NCBI RefSeq assembly: GCF_006345805.1
Contig: NC_043003.1
Coordinates: 85,746,001 to 85,810,000 of the forward strand
DNA: 64,000 nt
From: Octopus sinensis
Lineage: Eukaryota
Direction: 5' to 3'
Shown here: positions 27,250 to 41,070 of the stretch, in pieces
Position numbering within the stretch: position 1 is the first letter of the stretch
Layout of the letters: every line of letters starts with the position of its first letter
Notes under the pieces: generated by a model
Told to the model about the DNA's origin: nothing
Databases searched by the model: none
The model's input: only the letters and a program-made list of their open reading frames with translations
Position numbers and translations under genes: made by a program

Positions 27250-28225
27250 TTTTGATTTTGATTTTGATTTTTCCAGTTTCAGCTAATGAGCTGTGGCCAT
27301 GCTGGGGCACCGCCATTTGGTTTGCTACACGGGTTTACCTCACGGATGCTTTTTAGCAAACGCCATCTGATGCATGAGAGAGTTCGATGCAGCTGCCCTC
27401 ATCTGCACCTCCTGCCGTGAAGTTGGTTCATCCGGGACACCTGACAGGAAGAGATCCAGTCCTACTTTAAAGACATCCGCATCTACACCATGCAGGTCCC
27501 TCAGGTTCTTCGGGAGGACATTGAAGAGCCGTGGGCCTCTGAAGCCCAGGCTATCACAATATCTTGTCCTACATCTTGATGGCAAATTTGGAGTCCTTGG
27601 TACTATGCAGTGGCGTCCGGTTCTGGCGTTTGTGTGACTCTCGATGCCAAAGTCTGGGACAAGACCTTCCAGGATCTTCCAGATATATATTATGGCATAT
27701 CTTTCTCGCCTACGCTCCAGGGAATAGAGCTTTAATCTCTTGAGTCTCTCCCAGTAGCTCGTATGCTGCACAGAGGCTATCTTCTTCGTGTAGCTTCGTT
27801 GGATCGCCTCAAGTTCTGTGATCAACTTGACACTGGATGGTGACCATAGCTGAGAGCAATAGTCAAAGTGGCTTAGGACAAGTGTCTTCCAGAGGACCAT
27901 CATGGTTTCTTGTTCTCTTGTTCTAAAGGTTCTAAGAATCCATCCAGCCAGCCGTCTGCATTTCATTGTCAGTTTAGCAACATGTACATGAAAGGTCGCA
28001 TCATCACTCATGTGAATACCCAGGTCACGCACTGATTGTGCCTCTGGATTGCAATCCCTCCGGTCCAGTGTATTCATTGGGTATTGCATTCAGTTTTGCA
28101 TGCTGATAGTATAAAGCTTGAAACTTTTCAGCATTGAACTGCATGCTATTCTTTTCAGCCCACTTGTATATTTCGTCCAGCTCACATTGCAGGTGCTTAG
28201 TGTCTTCAGGGTTCTGTATTGCCTG
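27250..28225 (-). mobile_element. 3' end of a CR1/Jockey-like LINE with a (TCAAAA)n tail
   Basis: ORF 27340-28089 SVRDLGIHMS...WILRTF...DYCSQLWSP...SLERRRERY...GPRLFNVLP, followed by a tail hairpin and repeat tail. Confidence 0.9.
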
Positions 28226-28479
28226 TATATATATATATATATATATATTGTGTGTATATGTGAGAGAAAATACTTATATAAGCGAATAAGCGTATAAGCA
28301 GTGAAGTAGTGCTCAAACTTGTCAGATTTTTAAATTGTAACTTTTGTGTCACACCAGTAATGTAGACACCACAATTCTCATTAATATAAAAGAATACTGC
28401 GGATTTCTGTCAAAATCTCTGTAAAATGTAGACCGAATAGACCGGCAAAATTACCCGAGACACGCCAGAAGAGAACATT

Positions 28480-28915
28480 TGGCTGTGTGGTAAGTAGCTT
28501 GCTTACGAACCACATGGTTTCGGGTTCAGTCCCACTGCGTGGCACCTTGGGCAAGTGTCTTCTACTATAGCATCGAGCCGACCAAAGCTTTATGAGTGGA
28601 TTTGGTAGACGGAAACTGAAAGAAGCCCGTCGTATATATATGTATATATATATATGTGTGTGTGTATGTGTGTGTGTGTATGTGTGAGTGTGTGTGAGTG
28701 TGTATGTTTGTGTATCTGCGTTTGTCCCCCCTACATCGCTTGACAACCAATGCTGGTGTATTTACATCCCGGTAAGTTAGCGGTTCGGCAAAAGAGACCG
28801 ATAGAATAAGTACTGGACTTACAAAGAATAAGTCCTGGGGTCGATTTGCTCGACTAAAGGCAGTGCTCCAGCATGGCCCCAGTCAAATGACTGAAACAAG
28901 TAAAAGACTGAAGAG
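28480..28915 (+). mobile_element. SINE family B
   Basis: Colinear with 23535-24018. Confidence 0.85.
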
Positions 28916-29340
28916 ACAGTATAAGAGAAATAAAAAGAAAACGTCTACAGCGAATTAATGAGAACATTATAGATGCGACTCTCTCTGTACAACTCTTTAT
29001 ATATATCTAGGATTATTGCGGTATTTCAATATGTAACTAATTAGTTTAGCAGTAACCTTGAGATGCCGTGAATCACAAGAATCGGAAAGAATCCGGCTAA
29101 TTAGGAAATGACAATTTCAACGGAACAATGAAAAGACATAAACATTCCATTAGTGGAAAAATACAGATTCATATAAGCAATGACATACATGCATATAGGT
29201 TTGGGTTTGATCTCACTGCATAGAATCCAGGTCATGTGTTTTCTGCAATAGCCACGTATTCGTCAATTCTAAGGAAGAAGAATTTTGGAGAAGAAATCTG
29301 TGCGGAAGCCTGTCGTAAATACACATACAGACACACCACA

Positions 29341-29374
<34 letters not shown>

Positions 29375-29759
29375 ATGCGAGCGCGTAAATACATTCACTC
29401 TAAGCAGTGCTAAATAAATGCATTCAAGTGAAGTAATATTTAATTGGTTTGAATACAGTCACGCGTAAGAAATAGTCTCAGGAGAAAATTCACCTCCTCG
29501 ATGACATTTGTGAAAGCACATTGAGTTGTTTATAAGAGCACTAGATCGTAGAATGCGTCCGTTTCTGCGTTCTTTCGCATTACCAGCCACTAATACCAAC
29601 TTATATAAGCGACTAAGTGTATAAGCACTGAATCTGTGCTCAGACTTGTCAGATTCTTAAATTCCAGCTTGAGTTCATATCGGAACAACAAACGGTACGC
29701 TTGCCGAGGTTCGTAGATCTTGGTGAAACTAGAATTAAATAACGAATATATTTTATTCA

Positions 29760-30003
29760 TTGCTTCTTCTTGCGACTTGAATTAATTAACTTCAACTTGA
29801 ACGAGCCTTACTTGCAACGGTAAACGTACCTTTTGCTCTTCTGATAACAGCTAATCGTTGTTATTAGCCTCGAAGGATAAATTTGGTGATAGTGGCTTAC
29901 GAAGCAGAAGAATAGAGAAACACACGCAGCTCATGACCCAGTGGCGTCATCTGTAGCTCAATGTAGCTCAATATTAATTAAATCAAGTCGCAAGAAGAAG
30001 CGA
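29760..30003. repeat. MITE-like inverted repeat
   Basis: TGCTTCTTCTTGCGACTTGAATTAATT pairs with ATTAATTAAATCAAGTCGCAAGAAGAAGCG. Confidence 0.5.
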
Positions 30004-30011
30004 TGTATAAA

Positions 30012-30413
30012 ATACTTGCAGTATCGCCCGGCGTTGCTCGGATTTGTAAGGGAAATAATTATATAAGCATTTTTAGAGATGTAAAGTATAATAGCCATCT
30101 CAATATGGCTAACCACAAAGGGGGAGGGGTGTTACTGTAGCTTTTTACGTTCTGAGATTTAATAATAAATTTTTAGAGAGTTACTTCCCTTATATATGCC
30201 AAAATGCATTAAAAATGGGAAAAATTGATGGTAAATTTTTTTTAAAATCGTAGACTCATCGTAGACGCACGCTAATATCCAGAAGGGCTCGATATGAATC
30301 ACGACTATAAGATACCCGGTTTTGGTTAAACTGCACCGCAAAATGTGGGAGTAGTTAGGAATCTAAATCGTAGGAGACAGACAGCACACAACCTCTCTTT
30401 TATATATAAAGAT
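30012..30413 (+). mobile_element. DINE-1/HINE-like non-autonomous Helentron-type element
   Basis: 5' ATACT(T/A)GCAGTATCGCCCGGCGTTGCTCGG and 3' ACAGACAG...TTTTATATATAAAGAT termini, typical of such elements. Confidence 0.6.
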
Positions 30414-31762
30414 ATTCGTTATTTTTTGCAGAGTTATTTCCGGCTTTGGAGCGCTAAAACGAAGACATTTGAAATACACCTCCAAATACAATTGACAGAA
30501 CTGCATGCATGTTCTCTTTTGTGTGGACGTATCGTGTACAGTTCTGTAAATTATATTTTCTATGACGGTCGCATTGATGAATTGCCGACATTTACGTATG
30601 TAAATATGTAAATGGTAACAATGAAATCTGGTATGCGACTAATCACTATATTTTGTATCTTTTCATTTGTCTTGCTCGCTTACGTTCTGGCTTTTGCCCA
30701 ATTTTCTTGAAAACAACTTTTTCTTAGTGGTCAGACCATATTGGGTCTACATTTAGTATACTGGTTGTCCACCCAGTGGTCACTCCTTTTACATGTATGT
30801 AATATAATTTTTCTGAATCTTCAGATTTTTTCAACATGCTAGGCTACTGGTTTAAATTGATATTAATCAAATTAATATCAAATCTAAATAATAAAGGTAA
30901 AAGATTGATATTAATTTGATTAATATTAATTTTTTTAATCTAAATTTATATATATATATATATATATAATTTTTGTATGCATAAAGCATTAATCGACAAT
31001 CATTATGCATATGATACTGAAAATATGAAAAGGTGTATCCGTATAAAATATATCACTTTTTGTGAAGATGATAATGAATAATGAATATGTGATTCAATTC
31101 TAGCGATGTTTTTAGGGGTTCAGGGAGAGTGGGTTCATTCAAGTTTCGATCTACTTTTGAGTATTTCCATTTCGATGCGTTTCTGAACACTTTTGCCTAT
31201 ATATTATCATGCTGCTTCACTAATTTAAGAGTCATAACCACCAGAGACACGAAACTAGCATTATGAGTCCTGACGCTCAAGGCTCTAATAAAATATACAT
31301 ATACTATATTTTTTCTTTGTGTGTGGGGTAAGTATATCCAAAATTGAATATTGTTGGGTATTACGATCATGATACAAAATAAAAACAGAAGCAATCATTT
31401 GATACTTCTGTTAAGTAAAATATCTTTGCATATAACTTAAATATTATCACGTATATTCTCTTAGTCAATGTAATTCATAATTTTAACAGCATAGTTTAGA
31501 AGTAGTCATATTCACATTTGGTTAACAAAACCGTTTTGATAAATCGAATTTGTAGTATTTACTCACAAATTTAATTCATTAAAACATTTAATTTAATAAA
31601 GCATAATTTTGAATAGTAGGCTAGTTTTCCTATCTTTTGAGCAATCGAAAAAGTGTAAATATAATGTTATAGCAAATAACTGCAAAGGAGTAAAATGCAT
31701 GTAACAAAACGGCAATAACTGAAAACAATCTTTTAAACAAAATACAGTTCAGTATGTAATGT

Positions 31763-33432
31763 TTAATTATGAATACCATTAGAACATAAATGACTGTCTG
31801 TGTTACTGGACGGAGATATATCGATGGGAGAAAGTTTATTAACAAGGTTTGACTGTTTATCTGAATGAACCGAATCATTGCTGTAATATGGCCGAAGAGG
31901 GTGAAATTTTTCTTCTTCAGGCGAGTGTTTTTTTAAAGTAGACATGCTACTAGAACGTTGTTGTTTAAGGTGTCTTTTAGGAAATATTTCATCTTCTTTG
32001 TTTGATCTGTTCACTTCCTTTTGCACATTTTCGGCGGATGTGGCATTTGCTGAGCTTGAAAGTAGCATGTAACCGTTTTGTCTCCTAAATGATGGAGATG
32101 GTGAAGATGACAATGTTTTTTCATCACTATTCGTTTTCTCTTCATTTTCTATTTTATCTACATCTACTACAACAATTCTTATTTCCGTTTTATTCTTTTC
32201 TTTCCCCTCTTCGATGTCTGGAGTAATTGTCGTATCTTTCTCTTCAGATTCTCCTTCATTCATTTTAGAACGCGTTAGTGTTTCTGTTTTTTCTTCTGGA
32301 ACAATAGATAAACTGGAATTACATTTTAATCGCTGATGTACTGGTGCCCATTTGGGTGAATATAAAGTGTGATGACACGACTGAGGACAACCTCTACGTG
32401 TGTTGAGTTTGTAATGATCACCATTGATGCAACGTTTTCCACACTTAAAATCACGTAATACTGTTTGAAAGCGTGTCTGTGATATACCAGTATCAGAAGA
32501 TGAAGACGACGACGAAGAAGAATCAGAGTTCCCTTCTTCTCCCGTGACGCCATTAATGCTACCCGTTAAGGCTTCTTCTTCTTCTGACTGAGAATTTATC
32601 TTACTCAGACCATGGTGCAATGTTTCAAGTGGGATCATTGTTGAGTTAGAACCATCAAACCTCGTGCATACTTGCTGAAGAAGTTGACTGCAACTGAGTA
32701 ATTTTTCTTCCTCCGAGCAATTTCCTGCCAAACATGAAGCCGTTGTATCTTTCAGACATTGCAGTTTCTCATCGTTCTCTTGGGATTTACAAGCTGTGAA
32801 AACGATGTCAGCTGTGATTTGTTTACTGAGCTCCTCGAGAGATTTATCACTTTCAGCCACTTGTAACTTGAGACATTCCTCACAAATCGGACAAAAGCAT
32901 TTAGAAGTACTCTCGTTTACATTTTCTTTGACATTCATGCTGTACTTGGTGCTGGTTATTTTGTCGCTGGTTGCTCGTTTCTCGATAGAGAAGAGTTTTA
33001 GAAACGAAGCCAGTCGCACAGATCCCCAAGACGCTTGATGTTGGCGATTGCCGTATCGACCATAGCCCTGCGATATAGTCGATTCTTCTAACCGGCGACA
33101 GAAATTTGTGCAATCACGTTTAAACTGCTTTGTGAAAATTGCGTAAAGAAACGGGTTAGCACAACTGTTTAGTGGCAATACGAAGATCGTAAAAAACTTT
33201 GCTTCTTCAAGAGAGATTAATTCTTTTCCGAACATGGCTGTCAGCGATAAAATTGTGATTGGCATCCAGCAAAGAAAGTCAGTAAAAATGAGAAGAGACA
33301 TTCTCTTTGCCACGCGAACATCAGGTGAATTCCATGCTTTTGAGTCACGGATGTCGCAGTACATTTTCAGATAACATGACATGATGACTAGGAAAGATGT
33401 TCCATTAAAAACCATAATGAAGCAGACATACA
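31763..33432 (-). CDS. Terminal coding exon of a type-B leucine-rich-repeat GPCR (rickets/bursicon receptor/LGR4-6-like): TM5-TM7 plus a ~450-aa cytoplasmic tail
   Basis: Translation reads YVCFIMVFNGTSFLVIMSCYLKMYCDIRDSKAWNSPDVRVAKRMSLLIFTDFLCWMP...LISLEEAKFFTIFVLPLNSCANPFLYAIFTKQFKRDC, close to my recollection of insect rickets/LGR2 TM5-7. Preceded by a polypyrimidine acceptor (ttcttcttctcttttgcAG, AG at 33433-33434). Phase 1; length is 2+1668 nt to the stop. Confidence 0.93.
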
Positions 33433-33548
33433 CTGCAAAAGAGAAGAAGAAGAAATTTAGAATGCTATTCATCATAAGGCTTCGCATATATTTAATACAA
33501 GAAAGAAATTGCTTACGAAACATGGTTAAACTTAACATACTACATAGA

Positions 33549-34751
33549 CAGGGGTTTGACAAAATAATGGAAATACCTAATATCATAGCATCATAATTTT
33601 GAAAAATCTATAAAACCGTCAAAAGCTTGTTTATATTTATGTTTTTTGATTTATTATTAGTGTTGCTTAATATGTTTTGCTAAAATTGCTTTTTCTTTTC
33701 AGATATCAGAAAAATGGTAATTGAAATTCATTAAAATGACAGATCTGTCGGACTTTCAAAGAGGTCAAATTTATTGGTGCTAGTATGGTAGGCGCTAGGA
33801 AAACGAAAACGGCCGAAATATTTGGTGTATCAAGAAGAACTGTCTCGAAAGCGACGACAGCCTTTGAGATAGGGACAGCCTTTCAGATAGGGACCGTCGG
33901 ACTCTTACGCGAATTCTTAGAAAGGTTCACAAAATTACAACGCCCAAAATTACTGCAGAGCTTAATGACCACCTCGAGAACCCAGTTTCTACAAAAAACT
34001 GTTCGCCGGGAGCTGCACAAAGCCGGATTTTACTGGAGGGCTGCAATAAGAAAACTTCTACCTTTAAAACCAAACATTGCAAAGCGTTTAGAGTGGAGTA
34101 AAAACCTATATAATTTGTCCCTAGAGCAGTGGAAGAATGTTATTTTTTTCGGACAAGTCATTATTTACCTTATTTCCGACCCTCGAGTATACGTGTGGAG
34201 ACAGCCAAAGAAGAATTTGACCCAGACTGCCTTCTTCCAACTGTTAAACATGGATGATCTGGGGTGGGGTATATTTTGGAAATCCGCCGGTCCAATGGTT
34301 TCCCTTCGTGACAGAATTAATAGTCAAGACTATTTAAGCACTTTATCTTATTGTTGCAGAACTGTTTCCGGAGGGAAACTCAATCTTTCAGGAAGATAAT
34401 GCACTAATTCATACAGCTAAAGTTGTTACCGAATGACACGAGGAACATTATAGTGAAGCGAACATCTTATCTGGTCACCACAGTTCCCAGATCTCTATAT
34501 TATTGAATAATTATGGTGCATTTTAGAAAAACAAATAAGGAGTCGATATCCCCCACAAACACCACTACAAGTACTGGAGAATGTTTTAGCTGAAGAATGC
34601 ACTAGAATTGCTTTGGAAACAATTCAAACTTTGTACATGTCCATACCTCGTAGAATGCAAGCTGTAATTACTGCCAAAGGCGGTTCTAGCCCAGAGTAAA
34701 ATAAATTTGTTTGAAATGTTAAGGTGTTTCCATTATTTTGTCCAACCCCCG
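33549..34751 (+). mobile_element. Full-length defective Tc1-like element in the last LGR intron
   Basis: TIRs CAGGGGTTTGACAAAATAATGGAAATACCT / GGTGTTTCCATTATTTTGTCCAACCCCCG|TA. Frameshifted transposase from 33785 (FGVSRRTVSK, KTVRRELHKAG, EQWKNVIF, QEDNALIH, QFPDL). Confidence 0.92.
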
Positions 34752-35281
34752 TATTAAGTAATTTATAAAGACATTTAAATAACATAAACATGTATAAGAA
34801 AGAAATTCATATTACACATCTTACGTGATAGATGGCTTTGGTTATGAAATATATACATAAAATGAAATTGATATTAAAAATATTTTTATTAAAAATATCT
34901 GATTGATAAGGTAAGAGAGGTTATTTGTAAAGGAAAGTAAAAAGAGGTAACTTAAAAAAGAGACTGATTAAAATACAGACAGTACATTCAGAAGATATAT
35001 GTGGTAGATTATTAATTTTATTGTCTTACGTTATTTAGTCTCGACTATCTACATTCTGAGATCGAATACGTTGGTACGTACCTATCTATCTACATTAATT
35101 TTACACATAATGCACACACACACACACACACACGCACACACACACATACACATACACACACGCGCGCGCGCGCGCACACACACACACACACACATTATTT
35201 GTAGTTTTATTGCTTCGAAATTCACGGTTCCAGAAAAGAATTGTTTCAAGCTCTCGAAATTTATAAATTTTTATTATATTC

Positions 35282-35347
<66 letters not shown>

Positions 35348-35351
35348 ACAC

Positions 35352-35675
35352 ACGTAAAGGGTAAAAAACCCCTTCTGTCATGAATGTCCATGAGATTGCA
35401 CCTAGAAAGTTACCCTCCGAGGCACAAGTCCGGGCAAGATTGTTTATGAAGACCAGCAGTTGCCCATGCATACCAACCTCCCCTCTCCACGCCACCGATG
35501 TTATCCAAGGGAAAGGCAAAGGCCGACACAGCTTGGCACCAGTGACGTTGCAACACACATTTACTGCTGAGTGATGTGGAGCAACGCGAAATAAAGTGTC
35601 TTGCTGAAGAACACGACACGCAGCCCGTTCCGATGAGTGTGAGTCCGACGTTCTAACCACTGAGCCATGTGCCAT
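35352..35675 (-). mobile_element. tRNA-derived SINE (family F)
   Basis: Head ggcacatggctcagtggttaga; central gtgttcttcagcaagacactttatttc shared with 60840-61152; distinct tail. Confidence 0.75.
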
Positions 35676-36104
35676 GCATAATACATAATACATATATACA
35701 CATATATATATGTACTTGTTTGATATTTACTTAATAGTTTAAGTAGGAATCAAGACAGTTATATCTGGCAGACATACTTTAAAATTGCAAACCCAATTGC
35801 TTCTTACCACTTATACCACTTTAAAACATTTATCTAATCTAATGGTTTTTGATAAACCATAACTTGTCCTTTCCATCATAATGTCGTAGACACAGGCAAA
35901 ACTTAATAAAACTTTACAGACGATATATCCGTTAGTTCCGTGTTAGTAACTGATATTTTTCATAGACTTGATAACTGAAATATAACTACACGTTCCCAAA
36001 CGCACTCTTGCCTCCCCCCACCTCTCACATTATTTTCACTACAACGATACTTCAGTTTAATGCTTGACTGCTTTTATATATAACTATACGTAAGAACAAC
36101 GTTA

Positions 36105-36147
<43 letters not shown>

Positions 36148-36176
36148 CACACACACACACCACACACACACACACG

Positions 36177-36222
<46 letters not shown>

Positions 36223-36535
36223 ATATATTTCTATATATATGTATATGCATGTGTGTGTGTGTTGCGGGGGTGTGTGTGTATAACTGTGTGTGTATGTGCG
36301 CGTGTGTGTGTTTGTGTGTATGTATGCGCGTGCGTGCTTGTTCTTTTTATTTTGTTTTATCCACGACTTCGACAGTGCTACAATCTGAGAGTTGATTGTT
36401 CAGTGTTTTCTGCTGTCTTTATGTTCAGAATTCCAGATATCGTAAGTTTATGGCGATATAGTATCTCTAATTTCTCTGATTTTATGTAACTGTAGACGTT
36501 CCTTATCCTGGTTGTCACTAAATAGCTTCGCAATG

Positions 36536-36605
<70 letters not shown>

Positions 36606-37136
36606 AATTATAAAAGGAAAATACGCACACTTACATAGTTTTGATATAATTTTTAATATATCAACCGGTTTCGCTATCGCTATTCATGATATTATGTTTT
36701 ACTTATTTGAATATATATTTTTCTTAAGAAGAAATGTTGTCTATGTTGTGTGTGATGAAATTCACGAGGGAATGACTTCACAAGCATATATATATATATA
36801 TGTATGTATGTGTGTGTGTGTGTGTGTGAGGATCTTCACTCAAGTTATGTCATAACTTGTCTGAAAATCTCTCTACACCTACAATTGAAGCTCACAGTGG
36901 CAAGAAACTGAATCGAGCGAAATACTATATAGTATGTATAATATGTGTGTGTGTGTGTGTGTAATGTAAACTTCATATATTTAAAGTATCCTTGGCCTGA
37001 AGAGTAGCTAGCAGTCTACCCCTCGTTTGGATGATTTACTACTTCCGACGTTCCGTTAGCTACGAAACATTGAAACATGTAGCCTGGATGTTATCTACTC
37101 CATTCCCTAATTTTTTGATATTGTGTGTGTGTGTGT

Positions 37137-37167
<31 letters not shown>

Positions 37168-37171
37168 CGTG

Positions 37172-37222
<51 letters not shown>

Positions 37223-37704
37223 ATTCCTCATTTTGAACTGTATTGGCGCAACAGCTGGATCATATTTCGAGCTGAAAGCGTTGGGAGAGCCCTGAAGTTT
37301 CGAATCAATTTTGATCGGGATGGGTCTTATGCGACACAAGTGTATGTAGCTAAAATTTAACTTAGGCGATTAAGGGTCTGTGTTGGCCAGAACATTGTTG
37401 TTCCTGACATACCATAGTGTATACTCAAGCAACTGATGAAGAATGCCAACGCGCTGGTTAACATTATTCGTGCCAATAGCTTTTGTGGCTGATTATATAT
37501 ATTGGACACGTCACTTTGTAGGTTGTAAGTTATTGGCAGTTTTGAACATTGCATGTATTCCGTATTCGACAGGTTCTAGATTACTTGTCAGCAAGAAAGA
37601 ACGAGTGATTTATTTCATAACGTCCGCCACTGAATAATTCAGTCTGTTACTTCGAATAAGGGGAAAATAGGAATGATCAAATCTATGCTTTTTATCAATA
37701 GCAT

Positions 37705-38075
37705 TAGCTGAGGAGAGAGAGATGGATGGAGAGAGCGTGGGAAATGGAGAGAGAAAGAGAAAGGGAGAGGTGAGAAGGAGAGAGGGAAAGAGGGCAAGGG
37801 GGAGAAGGGAGAGAGGTGGAAATGGGAGAGAGGGAGATAGAAAGAGAGAGAAAAGGGAGGTGAGAGAAAGAAGAAGTGAGAGGAGAGAAGGAGAGAGAGA
37901 TGGAGAGAGAGGGAGTGAATGGGAGAGAAAGATGGAGAGAGGGAGATGGGGAGAAAGAGGGAGAGAGGAGGAGAGAGGAGGTGAGATAGGGAGAGAAAGG
38001 GAGAGTGGGAAAGAGAGAGGAAGATGGAGAGAGAGGGAGAGAGAGGGAGAGAGAGAAAGAAAAAGCGGGAGAGGG
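37705..38075 (+). repeat. ~370-bp purine-only (GA-rich) tract
   Basis: Almost entirely G/A on the plus strand; a similar shorter tract lies at 6310-6455. Confidence 0.85.
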
Positions 38076-38209
38076 ATATATATATATATACGTTTAAATA
38101 TTTGTTGTGCAAGATTTTTTATGTGAAGTCGTGTGTTGAAACAGATATTTTGAAACAGTGTGTTTTTATTGGCTAAACTGGCAATATGACCATTCCGAAA
38201 TATAACAAT

Positions 38210-38330
<121 letters not shown>

Positions 38331-39004
38331 ATGACAATTACCCCTTGCTTTTGTAAACGATTCAAGAATGAAATATTTCATAATCTGATTATCTTTTGAT
38401 GATTTCTCAGAAGCGTTAGTGGCATGAAATGAAAGGACTTCAGAGAAAAACCAAGGCTTCTTACCTCGCCCAGAACAAACCGACTAAAAATACTAATAGT
38501 TTCAATTAGCTACAAATAGCTGCCAAATCTCCTCAAATTTCACTCTACTCCACCATATTTGAAAATATGACACAAGGAAGATGTCGTTATGAATATAGAA
38601 AAAGGATGGGAAGGTTGTTTTCGGAACCCCTTTCGGCATAGGATCGCTTTTTGTTGGAATATTGCTCAACAACAATAACAACCAAACAATCCATACAACT
38701 GTTTTAACAAGATTGCATTGATGTGGAGGAAACAGTATAACGCCAGACTAAATGGCTTTCAGTGTCACTAAATGAATTCTATAACTCCAGAGAATCCATC
38801 AGTATGTGTGTTTAACAGATTCAAGTAAATAGAACAGAATGATTTGGGAGAGACTTTAGTGTATAGAAACTTTACTGTATAGACTGGATATTATAAAATA
38901 TCAAAGGATGTATGATTCTTAAATAAGTAAAATAATGCTCTATTACTGAAAATTATTAAGTCTAAACCATCAACACTCTGAGGCTTAAAATTCTAATCAC
39001 TCTT

Positions 39005-39417
39005 CTACTCTTTTACTTGTTTCAGTCATTTGACTGTGGTCATGCTGGAGCATCGCATTTAGTCGAGCAAATCGACCCGAGGACTTATTCTCTGTAAGCC
39101 TAGTACTTATTCTATCGGTCTGTTTTGCCGAACCGCTAAGTGACGGGGACGTAAACACACCAGCATCGGTTGTCAAGTGATGTTGGGGGGGGGGGGGTAA
39201 AACACACACACACACACACACAAACGTACACCCCCCACATATATACATATATACGGCGGGCTTCTTTCAGTTTCCATCTACCAAATCCACTCACAAGGCT
39301 TTGGTCGGCCCGAGGCTATTGTAGAAGACACTTGCCCAAGGTGCCACGCAGTGGGACTGAACCCGGAACCATGTGGTTGGTAAGCAAGCTACTTACCACA
39401 CAGCCACTCCTACGCCT
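39005..39417 (-). mobile_element. SINE family B
   Basis: Full reverse-complement copy of 23535-24018. Confidence 0.88.
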
Positions 39418-39639
39418 GATCTTTCTTTTCCTTCACGCAAACGGTAATGGGAAGATAGTGGGTTCCAAAGAATTATTTATTCTATTATAATTACAATAGC
39501 AACGAAAACATAAATCATTAGCATTAATAATGCTTCTTGTCAATGGCAAGAGATCTAAATCTAAAATTAACATTGATTGAAAATTGATTGGAGACGTAGT
39601 GGAGGAGTAGTAAGTTCTGTGGGTATGTTTTACGTTTTA

Positions 39640-40126
39640 TCTTTTACTTGCTTCAGTCATTGGATTGCGGCCATGCTAGAGCACTGCCTTGAAGAGATTT
39701 TAGTGGAACACATAGACATCAGTATATATTAAAAAAAAAGAATCTGCTTCATATTCTATCGTTTTCTATTGTCGAAGCGATAAGTTATAGGGACATAAAC
39801 AAACCAACAATGGTTGCCAGGAGGTGGTGGTGGGACAAAATTAGACTCAAAGAATTACACATAACCCCACCATATATTTATATAATTTTTTACTTCTTCC
39901 AGTCATTAGACTGTGGGCATACTAGGGCACCGTCTTGAAAAAATTTAATCGATCGAATTGACCCCGGTTATATTTTTAAGCCTGGTACTTATTATATCGA
40001 TTTTTTTGCCGAACCGCTAAGTTACGGAGACATAAACACACCAACATCTGTTGCCAAGTGGTGGTTGTGGGGATGCAAAGACACACACGTAGACACACAC
40101 ACGCACACACATATATATATATGTAT

Positions 40127-40183
<57 letters not shown>

Positions 40184-40338
40184 CGACAGGCTTCTTTTAG
40201 CTTCCGTCTACCAAATCCATTCATAAGACTTTATTCTACCGAGGCTATAGTTAAAGACATTTGCCAAAGGTGCCACGCAGAGGGACTGTACCCAGAACCG
40301 TGTAGTTGAGAAGCAAGCTTCTTACCACACAGCCACTC

Positions 40339-40342
<4 letters not shown>
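39640..40342 (-). mobile_element. Two adjacent diverged SINE family B copies (39640-39835 partial; 39888-40342)
   Basis: Both carry the tail ttacttcttccagtcatt...agcac(c/t)g(c/t)cttg; the second has the head. Confidence 0.7.
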
Positions 40343-40409
<67 letters not shown>

Positions 40410-40455
40410 ATATATTATATATATATATATGCAAAAAAAAAAATATATATATGCA

Positions 40456-40491
<36 letters not shown>

Positions 40492-40892
40492 AAAATTTCA
40501 TAAGTCCAAAACGTTGTTTTTTTCAGAAATCGAAAAAATAGTTTCACTATTCCATTTCTTTTTACACTAGCAACAGTTTCAGCCTAACAATAATACTTTG
40601 TTGGGTGCATAAAATCGTAATTCCATGTATGTATGATATTTTGAAGAAGAAATATTTTTGCAAAATGGTCTTATGTGGGACTTATTACATTTTTGAAAAA
40701 TGCTAAACTGTTGACAATTTTTATAGCTTGGCATCTGAAGCAGCTGGAGAAACAATAATTTGACCAAAAGAACCGGCTATTTCAAACAAAATTACATATT
40801 GAAAAAAAAAAAAAACGCATTTGGGCAAATATGGACATACGACTGTTTAACATAATAGCAACGGCACACACACACACACACACACGCACACA

Positions 40893-41070
40893 TATACGAC
40901 GGACTTCCACACCGTTTCCGACTACCAAATTCACTCAAGAGGCATATTGATCGGCCCGTGGTCATAGACCGGCTCGTGGTCTTAGAAGATACTTTCCCAA
41001 GGTTTTGCACTTTGAAACAGAACTCGAAACTATGTGGTTGCAAAGTGAGATTCTTAACTACACAGCTAAA
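40893..41070 (-). mobile_element. Partial SINE family B head
   Basis: tacgacggacttccacaccgtttccgactaccaaattcactcaag...cttaactacacagc. Confidence 0.6.

Noticed and set aside
33433-33586. N-terminal 51 aa of the 607-aa ORF
   Set aside because: Intronic: it lies upstream of a strong acceptor and overlaps a Tc1 TIR. The true upstream sequence is exon 47025-47150.
37357-37575. Possible cassette exon in the LGR intron (hydrophobic ORF ending at GTATGT)
   Set aside because: No LGR similarity, and its phases (0 to 1) do not fit the 1-1 intron.
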